This document shows, piece by piece, positions 42,204-55,014 of a stretch of 64,000 nucleotides of DNA (position 1 is the stretch's first letter; each line of letters begins with the position of its first letter). Source of the stretch: Octopus vulgaris (lineage: Eukaryota); assembly GCA_951406725.2 (NCBI GenBank), contig OX597816.1, forward strand, positions 146,134,001 to 146,198,000. Direction: 5' to 3'. A program made the translations under genes and the position numbers. Below the pieces are notes generated by a model, which was not told where the DNA came from, ran no database searches, and worked only from the letters and a program-made list of their open reading frames with translations.

Positions 42204-42481
42204 AATTTTGTTAACATCTTCGTTCGACTCCATTCCTTCATTTATATATATATATATATACATAGATTATATTCTGTTGAGAAAGTAGTAATGTACAGTA
42301 TAAAGCTCGTCCACCTTCAGATTTCACCCGATGCTATGCAATTTATAGATGTATATGTATGTACGTACATGCGTGTGTTTCTATATGTACCTATGCGTGC
42401 GTAACCATGTATGTATGAGTATACAAGCACCGACATAAACAAGATCCAGATATGAGTAGGCGCAGGTAACATGCACCTGCG

Positions 42482-42524
<43 letters not shown>

Positions 42525-42868
42525 GTATGAGTATATCTGTATATATGTGTGTGTGTGTCCTTATAAAAGGCAAAGTTTCATTGTGTCTTTGTTGGCAGGT
42601 AGATCGCTGAAGACACTAAATGAAATTCATAATATTTCAGGATTTTTGTGTCATCATATTGAAGTTGTTCCGGGCGTTAAATGCTTCAGTTAAGTTCTGA
42701 TCTTAGTGAATTTTAAAATGTCTTTTGAGGCATCTGGTAGATATATAGACTTTATAGCATACACGGCATTGAGAGGAGTGCGCATATATATATAAGCAAA
42801 GTAGTTGGTGGAGGTATGTTTTTCATGAGTGTTCATCACCGCATTGGTGGTTAAAGTTTCCTTATTTC

Positions 42869-42925
<57 letters not shown>

Positions 42926-42979
42926 GAAATATGTTACAAAAAGAAAATAGAAACTACATGTGGAAATGCTAGGGGAAAG

Positions 42980-43031
<52 letters not shown>

Positions 43032-43157
43032 CGTAAATGTATGTCCAAGTACAATGGATGTTTATATGCACGTACATGTGTACATGTATTCATATGCGAA
43101 CGTATGTGCATATATTTTTATATGTTGCATCCGTATCTGTGTGCATCCGTATATGCA

Positions 43158-43404
43158 TACAAGTTTGGCAAAAGTCACCAGACAGTAAATCAAAACCATT
43201 TAACTCCAAGATTTATTGAAACTTAACAACTGCATGAATTCAATAAAACCATCTAAATATGAAACATCATGAAAACAGTTCTTACTGAACTCCTTCTTAA
43301 GTGACACATTTTTCCATTTGAGTCAATAAAGAATTACAGATAGTATTTATGGAATTACGGAAATATTGATTTACTCTCGGGTGATTTTTGGCCAACCCTC
43401 TGTA
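43158..43404. mobile_element. Tc1/mariner-type MITE
   Basis: Imperfect TIRs TACAAGTTTGGCAAAAGTCACCAGACAGTAAATCAA and TTGATTTACTCTCGGGTGATTTTTGGCCAACCCTCTGTA, with TA ends. Confidence 0.7.
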
Positions 43405-43419
43405 TGTATATATGTATAT

Positions 43420-43532
<113 letters not shown>

Positions 43533-43899
43533 CGTATATATGTGCGTGTATATGTATGCGCATGTTTGTTTGCGTTTTTTCTGTGGGAGGTCAGCATGAA
43601 TAAGTATATAGTTGTAAATGTGGGTGTGAGTATGTATGTGTATGAATGACTGTATGAATGTAGATATATACAAAGTGATGTATGTATACATGGAAACACA
43701 CCAGCTGAATGACCGGTGAATTCTTGAAGTTATGGCAAGGAAAATGCCAAGTATATCCAGCCATAAACAACACACCAATAGTAAAAAGTAACCTAATGCC
43801 AATTGCTTTAACATGGCAACCATCCCACTCCAACCATACATTCAAATCAGTTTATCATGAAACGTTCAGGCGCAGCGCATTCCTTGATAAGATGAGTGG

Positions 43900-43960
<61 letters not shown>

Positions 43961-44245
43961 GCAGACTACGACAGACAGAAAGGATGCGCTTGAAACTTAT
44001 GTTTACAGAAAAAATATATATTTCTATATCACCCGAGGAAACACATCTAGGTCATATAATGCAAGGAATCGGTTGCATAACCAAACACCTGCGAAACTGG
44101 AGACCTACGTTGCATGGAAACAATTGTAGTGATCACAAATAAACATCTAACTGTACTCCTTGTTGACTCCAATTTATTCAATTATACACACACACACTTA
44201 TGTATATTAAAAGTCAAGATACAATATGTAGCTCTTTGCTTGAAG

Positions 44246-44563
44246 GAAGTGTGAAAACTCTCTAAAACCACGTACCTCTAACAATGTGTAAACACGCACA
44301 AAGAATATTACAAATACATTTAGAAAGACTTTTGTCCCCATTTATAAAACCACAAATAGAAAGGTAGATATCTCAGTATCAATCGATTTCGCCTTAAGTG
44401 TCAATTCAGCAAAGAAAGCGAAATCAATTGATACTAGGATATCTACATTCCTCTTTATAGTTTCACTAATGGGGGCCATTTTTCTAAATGTAATTGCTAC
44501 ATGCTCCCTGCGTGTTTACACATACTGAGAGGTACGTAGTTTTCGAGAGATTTAACACATTTC
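44246..44563. mobile_element. Fold-back element with ~150-bp imperfect arms
   Basis: ACGTACCTCT..ATGTGTAAACACGCA pairs with TGCGTGTTTACACAT..AGAGGTACGT, and GTAGATATC..AGTATCAATCGATTTCGC pairs with GCGAAATCAATTGATACT..GATATCTAC. Confidence 0.85.
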
Positions 44564-44692
44564 TGAATTAACAAAGTGTACCCTAAGTTTTAATATATAT
44601 TTTGCTTATTTGGATTATGTTTGCTAGCCACTTGGTCATTTTTTAAAAGACGATGATAACTTATTTGCATTACATATATATATATATATACA

Positions 44693-44830
44693 CACTAGGT
44701 CGAGGAAAATTTTCGTTCGCCGTGTCGCCGTGTTAAAATAATGAACTGAATAAAGACACACACACCACAAAAATATATTTTAAAAAACCTTATTTTAACA
44801 CGATGCACGAATTTTTTTCTGAGACTAATA
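44693..44830. mobile_element. Possible small mariner-type MITE
   Basis: CGTGTTAAAATAA and TTATTTTAACACG are inverted; the outer match (GAAAATTTTCGT / ACGAATTTTTTC) is weaker. Confidence 0.4.
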
Positions 44831-45011
44831 TATTTATATATATGCTACAGCATAACGACAGCAGTTGTAAGGCTGAAACAAATAAAAGAATAAAAGGGTA
44901 TGTATATATATATATATATAATTTTAATCCAAACGGGAAACAAAAAAACAACAACAATGGAACAATTACAGTATTATTATTAATAGGCGCTCAGGAAATG
45001 GAAGCAGGGAG

Positions 45012-45046
45012 GTATGACGTTTCGAGCGGAGCTCTTCGTCGGAAAC
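45012..45046 (-). ncRNA. Minimal type-I hammerhead ribozyme motif (U4C core)
   Basis: GTTT CCGACGA AGAGC TCC GCTC GAAAC GTC ATAC; stem II GAGC/GCTC and a GUC triplet. Confidence 0.7.
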
Positions 45047-47608
45047 ATAAAGAAGGAAGAGAGAGGAAAGAAAGATCCCGGAGCGGGCAACGGAGATAGA
45101 GAAAAAAACGGCTGGTGTTAGGAGTAGCACATGGTGAAAGGCGGATGTTTACGATAACAAGAGCAAAGTGGGTTTTTAAAGGCAAAAGAGTGGAGACAAG
45201 GTTGGTAACGCAACAGATGTGTGTGTATGTGTGAGTGTATGCGTGTGCGTGTGTGTATGTGTGTGTGTGAGGCGAGGTAAAAAAACAAAAAATATATGTA
45301 TGTGTTAGTGTGTGCGTCTGTGTGTAGGCGTGTGAGGTAGGGCGAGACGGTGGTCAGCATAGCAGCAGCATAGCAGACAAAGGTCAGTAGTGAGAAAAGG
45401 GAGGAAGGAGGAAGGGAGGGAGGGGAAGGGGTGGGGGCGTATGTAGCGTGCCAGCGTGTGTTGAGTAGTAGTGTGTGTGTGTGTCCAGTGTCGTGGTAGT
45501 ATTAGTGGCGAGTAGATTGAATGTGTGTAAGAGTGATGTATATGTTTAAGCAATGTGTGTATATGTGTGCGCGTGTGTGTAACGAAAAAAAGGGGGGTTT
45601 AGGAAAAGGACTCCAGCGGAGGGGAAGATGGAAGAGTGGTCCCGCGGAGACGGGCGTGGGAAAACCCAACGACAAGCGACATCCCAGGAACGGGCGGGAG
45701 GTCTCGTCGGGTCCAAGGGCGAGGTGCATGCGGGGCGCATGCGTGCGCGAACCGGCGCAAACGCTTGTGTGCGCGAGCCTGCGAGTGTGCGCGTACGTAT
45801 GTGTGCGTGTGGGTGTGTGAGTGTGTCTGTGTGTATGTCTGGGTGGCAGTGTGTCCGATGAATGTATGTGAGTATGTGTGTATATATGTGTGTGCATAGA
45901 TGTATGTCCGTGTGTGTGTGTGTGTGTGTATGAGTGTATATGTATGTACGTGTGGGTGTGGGGAAGTGTGTGTATGTGCATGTGTGTGCGCGAACATACA
46001 GGTGTGTGAGTGAGTGCGTGTGTGTGTATGTATGTGTGAGTGTGTATATATGTGTGTGTAGGATGCATGTATGTGTATGGGTGTATGTATGCGTGTGTGT
46101 ATGTATGTATGTGTACGTGCGTGTGTGTGTGTGTATGCGTGTAGGTGTGCGCGTGTGCATTCGTGCATGTATGTGCGTATGTGTGTGTGTGTGCATGTGT
46201 GTGGGTATATATGTGTGTGCGTATATGTGTGTGTATGTGCGTACATGTGTGTGTGTGTGTAGGTGTGTAGGCGTGTGTGTATAGGTGTATGTATGTAAGT
46301 ATGTATGGGTGTGTCCGTGTATGTGTGTATGTATGTGTGTGTATGTAGCTGTGTGGGCGTGTGTATATGTGTGTGTATGTAGGTGTGTAGGCGTGTGTAT
46401 ATAGGTGTATGTATGTATGTCTGGGTGTGTCCGTGCATGTTTGTGTGTGTGTGTGTATGCATGTGTATGTAGGTGTGTGTGTACGTGTGTAATGTATGTG
46501 TGTATGCGTGTGTATGCGTGCGTGTGTGTATGTAGGTGCGTGTGTATGTGTGTGGGAGTGTAGGTGTGTGTGTGCGTGTGCGTGTTTATGTTGGTGTGTG
46601 CGTATGTGAGTGTGAGTGTATGAGTGTTTGTCATGCATGTGTGTGCGCGTGCAGGTGAGTGTGTGTGTAAGTATGTGTGTGTGTATGTTTGTGTGAGTGT
46701 GTATGTGTGTATGTCTGTGTGTATGTATGTGCGTATAGGAGTATGTAGGTATGTGTGTGTGTATGTATATGGGTGTATGTATGTATGTGTGTGTGTGTGC
46801 ATGTGTATAAGTATATGCGTGTGTGCGTATGTGTGTGTATGTGTATGTGTGTGTGTTTATGTATGTGTGTATGTATGTGTGTAGGCGTGAGTGTGTAGAT
46901 GTATGTATGTATGGGTGTGTGTGTGTGTGTTTGTGTGTGTGTAGGTAGATGTGTGTGTCTGAGTGAGGGTATGGCTGTTTAGGTGTGTGTGTGTATGAAT
47001 GTAAGTGTGTGTGTATACAAGTGTAATGTATGTATGTGGGTGTGTGTGTGTGTGTATGTGTACGTGTGCGTGTGTATGTGTGTGTGTGTATGCGTGTGAG
47101 TGTGGGTGTATGGGTGTATGTCTGTGTGTGTGTATGTCTGAAGTGGGTATGTGTGTGTATGTATGTATGTGTGTGTGTGTGCGGGTATGTGTGTGTGTGT
47201 ATGTGTGTGTGTGAGTAGGTGTGCGTGTATGTATGTGGGTAGGGATGCATGCGAGTGTGTGGGTATGTATGCAAACATACGCAAGCGCACATCCGAAGCA
47301 AGCCCACACACACGAAGCGCGCTCACGCACACAACGCACAAGCAGTGCAACGCAAGCCCAAAGGGGCCGACCGAGCCCCCAGCGCGCGCCAAGGCGCGCG
47401 AGCGCAAAGGCCCTCGAACGCCCCGCTACGCGGGAACCGAGGATCCAACAGCCAAAACCGGAAAGCAGAAAAGAGGGGGGCTGCCTGGATGCAAAAAGGT
47501 GTATGTGTGTGTGCATTCAGTGTACGGGTGTGCATGTGTGGGTATGTATGTATGTATGTGCCTACATGTATGTGTGCATGTGTGTGTGTGTGAAGTATGT
47601 ACGTGCGG

Positions 47609-47639
<31 letters not shown>

Positions 47640-47915
47640 GCGTATGTATGTGTGTGTGTATGTGTGTGTGTATGTGTGTGTGTGTGTGTGTGTGTAAGTA
47701 TGTATGCGTGTGTGTATGTATGTATGTGTGTGTGTATGTGCATGTGTGTCTGTAAGTGTGTGTGATTAAATGTGTGAATGTATGTACGTAGATGGGTCTA
47801 CGTATGTGTGTGTGTGAACAGGCGTGTGGGAGGTAGGTAGGTGGGTGGGAGGTAGGTGGGTGGGTGGGTGTGGGTGGTGTGTCCGGAAAAAAAAAAAAAA
47901 AAAAAAAAAACGGTC

Positions 47916-48364
47916 TCAAGAGGAGGGGGCTGTGTTAAGTCCGTGTGGGGTGGTAGTTTGTAGGGTGAAGATGTAGCGTTGCTCCAAGTGGAGCCTGGAA
48001 AGTGGGCGACCATTGTGGGGGGTGAGACCAAACACTGAGATGTCATCTCGGGAATGGCCGGCCGAGCGGAAGTGGCGTGCGACGGGAGAAAAAGAGTGTA
48101 GGCGAACGTCCCTCAAGTGTTCAGTGAAACGGTCGGACAACCGGCGTCCCGTCTGACCTACATACAGCATCCCGCATAGGTTGCATTTAATGCAGTAAAT
48201 AAAGCCAGACGAGGTGCACGTGAAAGAGTGCCTAATGCGTACAGTATGCAGGTTGGAGCCGGTGACAGCGGTGGTGTTGGTGATGAAGGGGCAAGTGTTG
48301 CAGCGGGATCTAGAGCAAGGGAATGATCCGTGTGGGGCTGAGGGGGAAGGGGAGAGGGTGCTGT

Positions 48365-48368
<4 letters not shown>
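47916..48368 (-). CDS. PLE linker Cys motif plus GIY-YIG endonuclease (partial ORF, no genuine start)
   Basis: PCSRSRCNTCPFI...FTCTSSGFIYCIKCNLCGMLYVGQTGRRLSDRFTEH...PVARHF...EQRYIFTLQT..PHGLN. The N-terminus given in the ORF track is only translated (TA)n. Confidence 0.92.
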
Positions 48369-48417
<49 letters not shown>

Positions 48418-48583
48418 TTATAGTTGTGAAGTACCAGGCTCGGAGCGAATTTCAGCGTCAAATGTAAAATTTCCAATATAAGTACCCGAAGTATTGCCTT
48501 CTGAATCGATTAATGCTTGCGCTATGTAAAATATGTTTCAGTGTAGTTTACATCTTTTACTGTCTTACACACACACACGCATA

Positions 48584-48654
<71 letters not shown>

Positions 48655-50105
48655 ATACACACACACAAGCACACACATGCAGACAAAAATATATGTGTAT
48701 ATATATATATATATATATGTATGCAAATGGAAATGATGATAAATACATACATACATATATACATATATATATATGCATACATACAGACACATATATATAT
48801 ATATGTTCATATATATGTAGAAGAGCATACTCAGGCTGCCCATGTGTCGAATATGTAAAACTTTTTATTTTCAAACTTTAATTACTTATGTCACGTTCTT
48901 CTTCAGTGCTTTTCTATGTAAATATATTAGCATATATTTATATATTTTTATTGTAACGTTGGTACATATATATATTACTGAATTTTTTCATGTTCTTTGA
49001 TGTATGAAGCTTTTGAGACAGTGTTTATTGCTAATTTTAATTTTGTAACTTAGAAAAGTCTATGTTAATGTTTTACTTATATACTTTCTGGTAACTCTGA
49101 ATTTATATTCAGCACATAAAACAGAAGAAATTGTAACATAAATGGATATTCGATCACGAAGGTTACTGTGTCCGCAACATTTTTTTTCGTTCTGCAGAAA
49201 ATTGTATTTTACTGTTGCTGAGATTCGGTATACACAAATGTAATATACGTTGAATTTGTTTCGCATTAATATCCTACCAAATGTAATTTTGAGAGTTATG
49301 TTGTCACGTTCGGAAAAACAATTGTGGTTTGAGTTTATAATCTTGTAACACTCTAAAGTAAATTTCCAACTGCATATCTAGGACTGCATTAATTATTGTT
49401 CTACAATAAAACATTTTCAAACTATGATTTAGACGCAGGGATAGCCGAGCATTTTCTAGTAGTTGACTGCATGAGACATAACTCATCATCAAGCGAGCCT
49501 CAAAACTAAAAGATTTCTATGTAATTTATCCTTAGGTGTGCTATTCAGAAAGTACTATAGACCACATGAGGTTTGCCCACGAATAATCTAGAGACATACC
49601 TAGGATGTGCGACTATCCTGTTTGAAACAAACTGATTTTCTTGTCTCGAAATAAGGTTTCTTTTGGCAGTTCACAAATTATAAGCAGATTAGTGTACCAT
49701 CTGAGATGCCTGGAATTACCTGAAAGCAATGTGACCATGACAGTGAAAGCGTTTCTGATTATAGCGTTGTATATGAGATATTACGAAGTGCGTGCGAGAA
49801 CCGTATATGTAAGTCTATGATACAATGTGCACTCATCTCATATTTTGGGCCTTATCTTATACAGAATTTCTCTCTGTACAGATTAGTCGACAATATTGCA
49901 TTATTGGACTGCCATTGTGTACATGATTGACATGCTTAGTAATAAAAGCAATTTTAAATCTGTAACGATAAAATTAGAAATTATTTTCTATCTAACGTGT
50001 TCTTTCGAACTCTTATAACTTGTCAAATATATTTACGCTTAAAAATAGAATGTAGTAATACGGGAGTTTATGTGTATAAATGTATACATACATAAATACA
50101 TACAT

Positions 50106-50167
<62 letters not shown>

Positions 50168-50369
50168 GTATATATATATATATACATACATACATACACA
50201 CATACATTTTTATACGTATACGTCGCTATTCGTACCTGACTAGGTATAAAAGTAATGAGTTTTATTTTGTAAAAACAAAAAAGCCCATTACTTTTACACC
50301 AGGTATGCATTTTCTTTGTTTCTTTTTAATTTCCCCCTATTTATACCACGCATAGTCTTTTTTTCCTTG

Positions 50370-50416
<47 letters not shown>

Positions 50417-50420
<4 letters not shown>

Positions 50421-51258
50421 AAATAGTCAAGGTAGAAAATGCTAAGGTAATTTTATAATAAAACATTTCGCTACCGGTTTCAGTCATTGAGACTTTCTCA
50501 ACTGTAAGTATGGAAAACAATTAAATTTTGGAAAAATTAAAGGACAATCATTTTAAAAGAATAGTTGCATAGTATTCAAATACAAGGGTCATTTTCCTTG
50601 TTTCTGCCTGTCTCTGTCTCTCTTGTTTACTCTTGTGGGTTCGAGGTCGTTTTGAATGCTTGGCAGAGAAGAAGAAGAAGAAGAAGAAGAAGAAGAAGAA
50701 GAAGAAGAAGAAGAAGAAGAAGAAGAAGAAGAAGAAGAAGAAGAAATAATAATAATGCGGGAGTGCTATGATAGTAGTAGGATGTTAAATGGTCAAGTAC
50801 ACTTAATGTGACTTGGTGTGGATGGTAGTTGTGATTGAATTCTTGAGATATCTCTTTTGAAAGTATTTTTAATGATATTTGCGTAGGTGTTATTCTAAAC
50901 AGCAAGAGTAGTAAAGTAAAGAAGGAGGTGGCGGAGGGAAGAAGAAGACGAAGAAGAAGAAGGAGATAGAATATTAAGAGAATGCAGGATGGTAGGATAG
51001 TAGTAGGATGTTAAATTGTCAAGTAACGGAAAAGTGGCTCGTTTTGGATTATATAAGTGATTACGACTGTTTTTAATGAATTCTTGGGAATCTCGTTTAA
51101 ATTTATCATTTCTAATATTTGCATGTGTGTTGATTCTAAGGTTGTGGAGGATATGTCATTTGTTGTGGATGCGTTCAAAAGGGGTCTGTATGACAGTTTC
51201 ATTCTTTGGTATGAAATTATAGAGAGACTTAAACAAGAACTTATAAATGGACTTGATG
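50417..51258 (-). mobile_element. PLE 3' end (EN tail, UTR, hammerhead), inverted relative to the adjoining PLE body
   Basis: Minus-strand YRPLLN (EN C-terminus) near 51180. Internal direct repeat GATAGTAGTAGGATGTTAAAT.GTCAAGTA at 50770 and 50996. Hammerhead at 50501-50472; ends in (TA)n. Confidence 0.6.
50472..50501 (-). ncRNA. Hammerhead motif with U3-A8 core
   Basis: TTGAGAA AGTC TCAAT GACT GAAA CCGG TA. Stem II is perfect and stem III palindromic, but stem I is poor. Confidence 0.55.
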
Positions 51259-51995
51259 TAAATATTTAATTCACGATGGAACATTGCCATCAACAACTTC
51301 CCTTCCTCGACATCCTCATTAAGAAATCTAACAACGTAATAGGAACAGATATATACTATAAGCCCACGGACTCCAAGCAATATCTAACGTTCAACTCATG
51401 CCACCCCAGACACACCAGAATGAATATCCCAGTCAACCAAGCAAAAAGGATATGTACTATAGTTTCTAATGTAAGCACCAGGGACACACAACTACATGAA
51501 CTATAGGATACACTCATCACCAGGAACTACCCATCTTCACTAATTGACATATACTTTCAACGTGCCCCACAACTCAATATCCTAGAAATCAGACATCCCA
51601 AATTAAAGAAGGATTTACAAACAAGAACCCTACCATACATCTCCAGACACAATCCTCTTAACAATTGAAGCCTTTGACACCATCCTTCAAACCATTTCCC
51701 TGCTAAAAAAGGACCATAGAATGAACATAATCCTCCAAACACACACCATCATAAAAAGCAAGAGACAGCCGAAATCTAGGAAAAGTCTCCTAACACAAGC
51801 CTGAATACGCTCAACAACAACACCGAAGCGGTTAGTAAAACAATGCGGAAGACGCAACTGTGGGATGTGTGTCAAATTAATTGAGGGATCACTGTTCTCC
51901 TTCAAACAAAGATAACGTTTCACAGTGAAAAGTAGCTTCACATGTGCTTCGGAGAACCTGATATACGCACTAACCTCCTCTGGGTGTCAAGGCCA
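51250..51995 (+). pseudogene. Penelope-like RT C-terminus/thumb, linker and start of GIY-YIG
   Basis: FTMEHCHQQLPFLDILI...TDIYYKPTDSKQYLTFNSCHPRH...NYP...KQCGRRNCGMC...FTCASENLIY. Several stops. Confidence 0.9.
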
Positions 51996-52744
51996 TACAA
52001 AAAACAGTCTAGTCAAAGGATGGCTCTGCACAGTTCCCAGATCAAAATTTTAAAAAAAAACACCCAAAAAGTAACATTGTCATGTAGGCAAATAAAATAT
52101 CATTTTAAAATCACCTCAGATTGTCAAACAATTTGTTACGGAATGTAGTTACAAAGCTTTATAGAAAGGTTCTACAGGCATGATTGCACTGCCTTACCCA
52201 ACAATGTGACATCGTATTCGGTTTTAATACTATAAGTGTACACGGGTCTGTAAACTGTTTAACTAATAATATATAGATTACAGAGGAAGAAATTCAGTTA
52301 ATTGAAATAATTTTCAACATTATCAGGCGCTGTCTGTTTACTCACAACGCAAACACACATATACATACTTATTTACATTCTTACACACAGAAGAGCGTAC
52401 ACAAATATGCACACATATATGTATAAGAAATAAAGATTAGAATTTATAGAAATTATAAATATGAAGATTTATTTAAATTTAAATTAATACACTTAACAGG
52501 TTAAAATTTTTACGATTTTCAAATCTTACTATTTTGGAAATCATACACATAAGAAACTAGTTAAGTGTGTTAACTTTAATTGAAATAAATCTGCAAATAT
52601 ATTCTCTTTGTATTTTCAATTTCCTTTATTTCTGTTATATTACCACTTGTATGGGTTTATAACTATTTCTTTCGCTTTCTCTCTCTCTATGTATATCTCT
52701 CTCTCTTTCTCTTTCTCACTCTCTCTCCCTCACTATATCTTAAT

Positions 52745-53460
52745 TTGGTATGAAAGTACTGCCGCATTAAGGATGAGAGAGATCAAAACTTTATTCCGTT
52801 TTTAAATTGATATATTCAACCATGGTAATATTTCCCTTCATTTGCCACAACAAAATCTCATTTATCTGGAAAAATATTGATCCCTCAGACGTGAAATTCT
52901 TTTGGATTCTTTATAAAGATACACTCAAAATAATTTTCTGTTTCCCTCTAAATAATATTGCAATGATCTCAAAAGATATTTGTCATATGGAACAAAGCCA
53001 GACGAATAAAGAGAATTAGATAAAATTTCCTTATTTAATAGCGTGATCAGCGCTTCACTCACTCCGACAATATGTAGTCCTTCATTTTCTTGTGAAATAA
53101 AGCATCCCTTTACGAGTGATCAACTATCAGTGCTTTTTTCTGCAAAGTTGTTTGCAGTGACTGCTCCATTTTGGTTTAACAATTCATGATAGACAAAAAT
53201 ATTAATGCCTCACAAAATTCAAAATATAACTTCTTTCAAGAATAGTCCTAATTTTGGAAAGAATTTCTTTTTATTGTGTACTAACCATTGCTGTTTTCCT
53301 TGAGTATGATTACAGTGGAACCGACTTTCGTCACTTTTCATAATTCTATCAGCAAAGTTTCGGTATTAGGAATATCCATTCATCACAAGGTGAGAAAAAT
53401 TGTTTCATTAAACTGAAAAGCTATCTAATGATTAAGGACACACTGGTAAGCATTAGGCAG
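52745..53460 (-). mobile_element. Ancient mariner relic
   Basis: Manual translation LLNKEILSNSLYSSGFVPYDKYLLRSLQ (~[27 protein letters not shown]), with a DEKW-like region near 53320-53350. Confidence 0.55.
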
Positions 53461-54048
53461 TTTTGCTCGCTTAGGCATATATAACCTTTACTTTATCTAG
53501 TTGTTTGATATTACAGATATAAGCTCTAAATCACAGATACTACAATACATAACGACATAACAAGGAAACTGTGTTCTTTATTCTCAGTTTTGCAATTCTA
53601 CGAAATGGAGAAACTTTCATATGTGTCGAGAAAATTAGTACTACACGATGGACTTGAAAAAGAAAAACAATAATTATGGCGTGATTCTATATTTCAAAGT
53701 ACATTACACGGAAGACTTTATGGACAACCAAGTGATATGTTAGAGAAAACCAGTAACATGTGTTCTCGAACAAATTCTATTTTCCATGTAGAAAAATTAA
53801 CCTAGGTTGCAAAACAATGAGTGGAATGTTTCCTACTACTAGTAGATATAAATTTTTTCAGATTCCATTTGACGTACACGAACTTTTGGCATTAGTGAAC
53901 TTCTTGATATAGTTGCCAAGTATCTATATTCTCGCAAAAGAAATCACATGAATGTATGAATCTATATATCACTGTACGTATGAGTAAGTGTATGTAGGAT
54001 GTATATGTATATCTATATCTATCTATCAATTTATCTATCTCTGTATAA

Positions 54049-54098
<50 letters not shown>

Positions 54099-54506
54099 GG
54101 AACTATACGTATATACTTACATACACACAAAGCCAGCACATACTGAAACAAAAATATATTTATCTAGGTGCGTATATAGATGAAATCCGCTCATAGATAT
54201 ATAAATATACATACACTTATGTGTGTATATGAGAGTGTACGTATATTCGCGTGCGTGTGTGTATATGTGTATATGTGGATGTGTGTGGATGTGAGTAGAA
54301 CTTGTTTCATTCGACTTGCGATTTTCAATCTCAGACAACATGCCTCCCTGGATAGTTCCATTATCTAAATGTATTGGAACCAAGACATCAGAGTGAATAG
54401 ATTGATTGATGGCATTAAAAGATATTACGTACTTCTTTCTTTTCTATTATTTTTATTTTTGTTCTTGAAGCACAAATATATACGCACCTTCATAAAATCC
54501 TGCAAG

Positions 54507-54599
<93 letters not shown>

Positions 54600-54630
54600 C
54601 ATATCCACATGCTTGTGTTTCTGTGTGTTC

Positions 54631-54675
<45 letters not shown>

Positions 54676-54880
54676 TTATATCTACATCTATGTATCTAAT
54701 GTCCTCCTGTACATATATACATGTGTGTGTTACATAACATCAAAATATAGATACATACGTTTATGCATATATGTGAGTATCTGCGTTTGTGCTTTTGAGT
54801 ATGCTATGTGTGTGTATGTGTGTGCATGTGTGCTTGCATGTATATATGTGTGTGTACTTGTGTGCGTGTGTATGTGTTTC

Positions 54881-55014
<134 letters not shown>

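Larger units (their letters stand above)
41969..42245. repeat. 277-bp palindrome (134-bp arms, 9-nt loop)
   Basis: Arms 41969-42102 and 42112-42245 are reverse complements with about 8 mismatches counted by eye. Confidence 0.97.
44921..48368 (-). mobile_element. 5'-truncated Penelope-like element: GIY-YIG domain, ~3-kb CA-rich 3' UTR and terminal hammerhead, with (TA)n at both ends
   Basis: Open EN frame 48368-47916, then poly(U), a long CA-rich tract and a hammerhead at 45046-45012, all on the minus strand. Treating these as one element is an inference from collinearity. Confidence 0.75.

Noticed and set aside
45502-47313. 603-aa His/Thr-rich ORF and overlapping long ORFs
   Set aside because: Translation of degenerate (CA)n/(TG)n DNA that lacks stops in several frames; no domain.
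47270-47430. Idea that the CG-rich tract is a retro-copied A-to-I hyper-edited CA repeat
   Set aside because: The apparent A-to-G direction is on the strand opposite the element RNA, and no unedited reference copy is available here.
49060-49500. Possible hAT transposase relic
   Set aside because: Only a vague resemblance to the dimerisation motif; no TIR or TSD found.
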